DNA from: a virus
Virus record (IMG/VR): IMGVR_UViG_3300046673_000114
Location: 1 to 64,000 of that record
Reading direction: 5' to 3' (one strand)
Length of the DNA stretch: 64,000 nt
Positions within the stretch are counted from its first letter, which is position 1. Every line of letters starts with the position of its first letter. The notes below the pieces were generated by a model. It was not told where the DNA came from and made no database searches. It saw nothing but the letters and a program-made list of their open reading frames with translations. The translations under genes were made by a program, and so were the position numbers. Shown piece after piece: positions 59,660 through 64,000 of this stretch.

Positions 59660-61787
59660 AAAAATCCGCGAGAGAATAGTATGTGGATACTACACGACAC
59701 GACATTTACCTTTTTTGATGATGTATTTATTTTTAGTAAAGCGTTCGAAGTAATAGGCCGCCCTAGTTACGTGATTCTTCATTGGCAGAACGAAAATATT
59801 GCACATTCGATTGTTGATGAAGAGTCATATCGACAAACAAAGGATAAATTACATAATTTAGCTAAGAGATTGCTATCGAGAGATTTATGGCAAATGGCTG
59901 ATTATCATAAAGCGCTTGCTAGGCCGATTATAACGCCCGAAGTCGTTGAAAGACTAGAATCGCTTGTAGGCACGCGCATATATCGAGACTTAGTCACAGG
60001 CATAGAAACGCGCGAAGCCTACTACGGTGAAAAATCGCGAGGGAAAAGATATGACTAAACTAATAATTAGCATAAGTGATGAAAACATAGCGTGCTGGGA
60101 AGAATATAAACTAGATTTAGCTTATGAAGCGCGAAGATGGGCCGAAAAAAGAGAAGTTAAGCTCGGTAAAATAATAATAACCGACGATGAAGCTATCTCG
60201 GGACTTTTCGACTGCGTAGAAGAGGAAGGAATTTTCTGTTGGGACCTTCTATGGAAAATCGTAGAACGAAATGCTTTAGAAGGCGAATTAGAGCCACAAT
60301 AACGAAAAATCCGCGCGGGAATAACATGCCGAATTGTAAAGATTGTGAAAATAACGTATTACCTAACTATTGGCCTCCGTGTGCGTTTAGCGCGCCTAAG
60401 AACATAAAGATGCACGATAAAGAGTGTTCAAAATTTACTCCTATGAAGTTTCCGCATACCTTTTGGCGCGGAATGTCTCATGGCGGCTGTTACATCATAA
60501 ACGAAAAAAGAGAGGTCATAAACGACATTAAATTCGGCCCGTATGACTAAAAATCCGCGTGTGAGAAGAAATGACTAACGAATCGTTTGATATAATAACA
60601 GAAATTAAATACGCCGACCGTATAACAGGGGATATCGTCGAATATGCTAAAGGCATGGACTCTACAGGAAAAATACATTATTTCTTATTAGAACCGATGG
60701 GTACTAAAACTCGCTGGACTGAATTAAACGAATATGCCTATGAGAAAAATAAATTCGATATGAAAGATTTATTTATGATTGTTCCGAACGAAATAAACCA
60801 CGTAAAGACTCTCTAGACTAAAAAATCCGCGTGTGAGATGAAATGACTAACGACACACAATTTATTATAAAAACATTCCATAACGATAGTGTGTATATTA
60901 ACGACGCTATAGACTTAGAAATATCCGACGTAGGCGAATACGACCTTTTAGCCTTAATGAGATTAATCATAATAGAACTAGAGACTCGGCATCTAATCCC
61001 GCAAGATATGGCGTATGAATACTAAAAAATCCGCGAGTGAGCTAAACGATGATTAAAAAGTCTAAACGAACCGAAACTAAAGAAGTCGAGGACGTTACCT
61101 ACATCTGCGACCGCTGTGGTAAGGCGGCAAAACGAGGCAATTATACTCCCGCACTTCGAGAATGTTGCATATGTGGTCGGTGGATTTGTCGTTCCTGCGC
61201 TATCGGTTTTGACTCACTTGAATACGAGGGGTATGCTTATGACCGCCCGTATTATCGTGCCTGTCGTGAATGTTTAGATGCTGGCGATTATAGGCAACGA
61301 ATAAAAGAAGCACAAGAAAACGCAGATATGATAAAGGCCGCTGTTTTAAAAGAATGGAGAATGGCGTCTAAAGTGAAAAATTTCGCGAGAGAGTAGAATA
61401 ATGAGCCTAAGAGAAGTACCATGTATCACCTGTAACTATAACATGGAATATTACACTCGTAGTAACGGAAGACTAGAACACTGTGGAGCGAAATGTCTTC
61501 GATTAAGAAAAAGGAGAGCCGTGTATCTAAAAAACAATGGTTGGGTTTGTTGGCATCGTAAATGTGGCCCGAATCAACTAGAAATCGATAAAAGAAGGCT
61601 ATAGCGCCTCTAGACCCTAAAAAATTCGCGCGTGAGTAGAATAATGAGTAAATGGAGAAACAGATTAAAGAACGAATACGGTAAGAGTATATTATTATGT
61701 TGCTATGATAGGATTCTCTCTAATGAAGAATTAGCTAAACACTACATTAAAGTTAGAAATGCTGTTAACGTATATTGGCTATCATAA
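59660..61787 (+). repeat. Array of eight small ORFs, each preceded by an AAAAAT(Y)nCGCG motif
   Basis: Motifs at 59660, 60030, 60305, 60549, 60821, 61025, 61376 and 61620; ATGs at 59681, 60051, 60326, 60571, 60843, 61049, 61401 and 61644. Confidence 0.85.
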
Positions 61788-63437
61788 GCATATATAAAGA
61801 AAATCTATATTTTTATTACTAATCATACTACTATTTTTGTATATACGAAAATTATCTCTCTTTTTATTCACATTTGTTATTTAAAACGATAAAATAACTA
61901 TATTTTCTTGATGAATGAGAAAAGCTTGCTAAGGCTATCATTTTAACGAAAGAAAGCTTCTGCTGTCTGCGTTATATAGAGAGCAACGCGAAGTAACAGA
62001 AGAAAAACATAGCTCAGGCGCCTCCAGCGACCTACTAAACTGAAAAAACATAGCTCGACCCTCTCGGCATACATCTTCACACACGAAAGGTATTAGGGTG
62101 GCGTATCATCCCTATAACGGCCTTCTTTGCACTTCGAAAAAAGAAAGGATAAGGTAGTTGCTAGGTGACGCTACATATCGATAGGTAGGGGTCGAAAAAA
62201 GAAAAGAAAGAATAACATCCGGCGAAGTTTAGGTTTAGGGGCTGTGAAGCGCTTCGATACCTCTTTTTCTAGATGAGCACCTAAGGTTAATAATGAATAA
62301 CGCCTACACTTCTTTCTTTTTTCTAACGAAGCAATATGTCTCGGGTAAGTTCTTTAACGAAGCCCGTAGCGGCCATTTCTGAAAATGTTGATAAAGAGAA
62401 ATAACGGTGACTGCCACACCTTCCGTTAGCGCTTTATTCCCGCGATGTAGGAACAATGCTCATCGGTGCGTGTGGTCGAGGCCGTTAAGATACAAAAGAA
62501 GGGTAAGGTATCTTCATCACCACGACTCGCGCGATGAACGTGCGGGTAGGTAACGGACAACAGAACGGACAACCAACGGACAACTAATCGGCCACTCTCA
62601 ACCCGACCACCCGGCTACAACCGATGACTCATTGGGTGGTGTGGCATTGGTGGAGTGTGGGCCTAGAGGCAAGAAGGCCACTAGGGGTAGTATGTCACCC
62701 ACTACACCATTAGACATAGCCACACTCTCCTTCTCTTCATCACGAGACGAGGGTGAGTCGGGTGGGTGAGGGCGAGTCGCGGGTAGAAGGCCACTCAGCG
62801 ACTTGGCCACTATGCCATCCGAGAAGGTAGGTGTAGTCTATAGATAGGCGGGTGGTGTAGAGTAGACTGATGGGTGTGATAAGGTGGTGGGCTAAAGGCC
62901 ACACGGCCACGTGGGCCACATAGCAACAGAGATGAGGCTAGTCTTTGTTAGTTCGTGCATCGAAGAGACGACGAGCGATGGGCTAGGGAAAGAAATACTA
63001 GCAAGGCAACTATAGTATCATCCCTTTATTAATTCTTTAACCCAACCGAGCCACCGGCCTAGGTAGGGGGGTAGGTATACACGGAGAGTAGTTACGGGTG
63101 ACATATCTTGGGCTATAGGCCGACCGACGGATAAAAGGCCGGCGTTATGGCGACCAATTAAAAGAAATCTGCTGGAAAAAATGAGTCTCGCCACCAATCA
63201 GGGCGTGCAAACAGGCAATACGCCCTTCGGGAACGGCGTCAATTTTTCGGAATTCTCTAGAATCTTCGTAGTAAATTCGAAAGTAGCAAAACGGCGATTC
63301 GGTTTCCTAGGCGGTGATAATTTTTCCGAAAATCGAGTCGAGTAAGGAATCGTGCCTTTATATACCCCTACTCGTGTTAACATATGTTAATTTCCTTTAC
63401 GAAATATATATAACATATTCCGCACTATAGAAATTAT
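61788..63437. other. Long non-coding region with short repeats
   Basis: No credible ORFs; AACGGACAAC x3 (62552-62584); about seven GGCCAC. Confidence 0.7.
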
Positions 63438-63653
63438 ATGTGGACGTGCAGTTGCGGTAGAAACTTTATCGCTCGACCTGACGCTACGGGTGAACTACGA
63501 ACAAAGTGCAGTACGTGTCTAAGTGAAGAGCACCGTAAACTTCCCGAAGTTATGGAACAAACGCGCGCGCGAGAAAGAAGATGGTATGCTAAACATATAG
63601 ACTACCGGCGAGAGTATCAGCGAAATTATCGCGCGCGTCGTAGGGGTGCGTAA
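63438..63653 (+). CDS. Small zinc-finger basic protein
   Basis: CSCG/CSTC; TATA-like element upstream, apparently leaderless. Confidence 0.55.
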   Translation: MWTCSCGRNFIARPDATGELRTKCSTCLSEEHRKLPEVMEQTRARERRWYAKHIDYRREYQRNYRARRRGA

Positions 63654-64000
63654 CGGTGGCCCACTGTGCGGGTTGCGGTAAGACGTTTATCGCGAAGAAA
63701 AAGAAATTGGCTCGAGCTAATAAACGAATATTCGAAGCGCATACGCTATGTTCGCTATGTAAGCATAAAGAATATAATAAGGCGTGGAGAGATAAAGTTG
63801 TTATCTAAGGTAGTGATGGAAATTGGAATATATTTCATAAGCGGTATTCTAGCGATAGGACTTATAATTACTGAAACTCTTTTATTTATAGAACTAAAGC
63901 TTAAGAACCAAAAGAATGCCACGTAGAGCGCCAATTTGGGGTCTTGAACATCTTTCAGATGATGAATACAAGACATCTTTAGAGGGTCGATATAAGGATA

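Noticed and set aside
59660-61787. CRISPR array
   Set aside because: Repeats are short and degenerate, and the spacers are roughly 200-370-bp ORFs

Overview
The window is part of a tailed (siphovirus-like, Caudoviricetes) archaeal virus genome. Orc1/Cdc6, GAGGTGA ribosome-binding sites, TATA-type promoters, a DUF2769-like protein and IS605-type tnpB elements point to a non-halophilic Halobacteriota or methanogen-type host (inference). Layout: 1-26.9 kb is a neck/tail operon with a highly modular tail tip, followed by small membrane genes. 27-40 kb holds early and replication genes (candidate origin, cdc6) and three tnpB-only IS elements. 40-53 kb holds DNA-metabolism, methylase, glycosylation and HNH genes. 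53-59 kb holds a ParB-like gene, terminase genes and an ABC-ATPase/GNAT pair. 59.6-61.8 kb is an array of small genes, each preceded by the same repeat, followed by about 1.6 kb of non-coding DNA. Leading candidates for novelty: (i) an intergenic hairpin RNA whose loop is complementary to the translation starts of three promoter-proximal early genes, plus a second structured RNA with anti-Shine-Dalgarno loops; (ii) a split tail-hub C-terminal domain whose missing half is carried by two alternative payload proteins; (iii) a pair of paralogous putative glycoside hydrolases; (iv) repeat-delimited small-gene cassette arrays. All family assignments come from motif recognition by eye, not from database searches.
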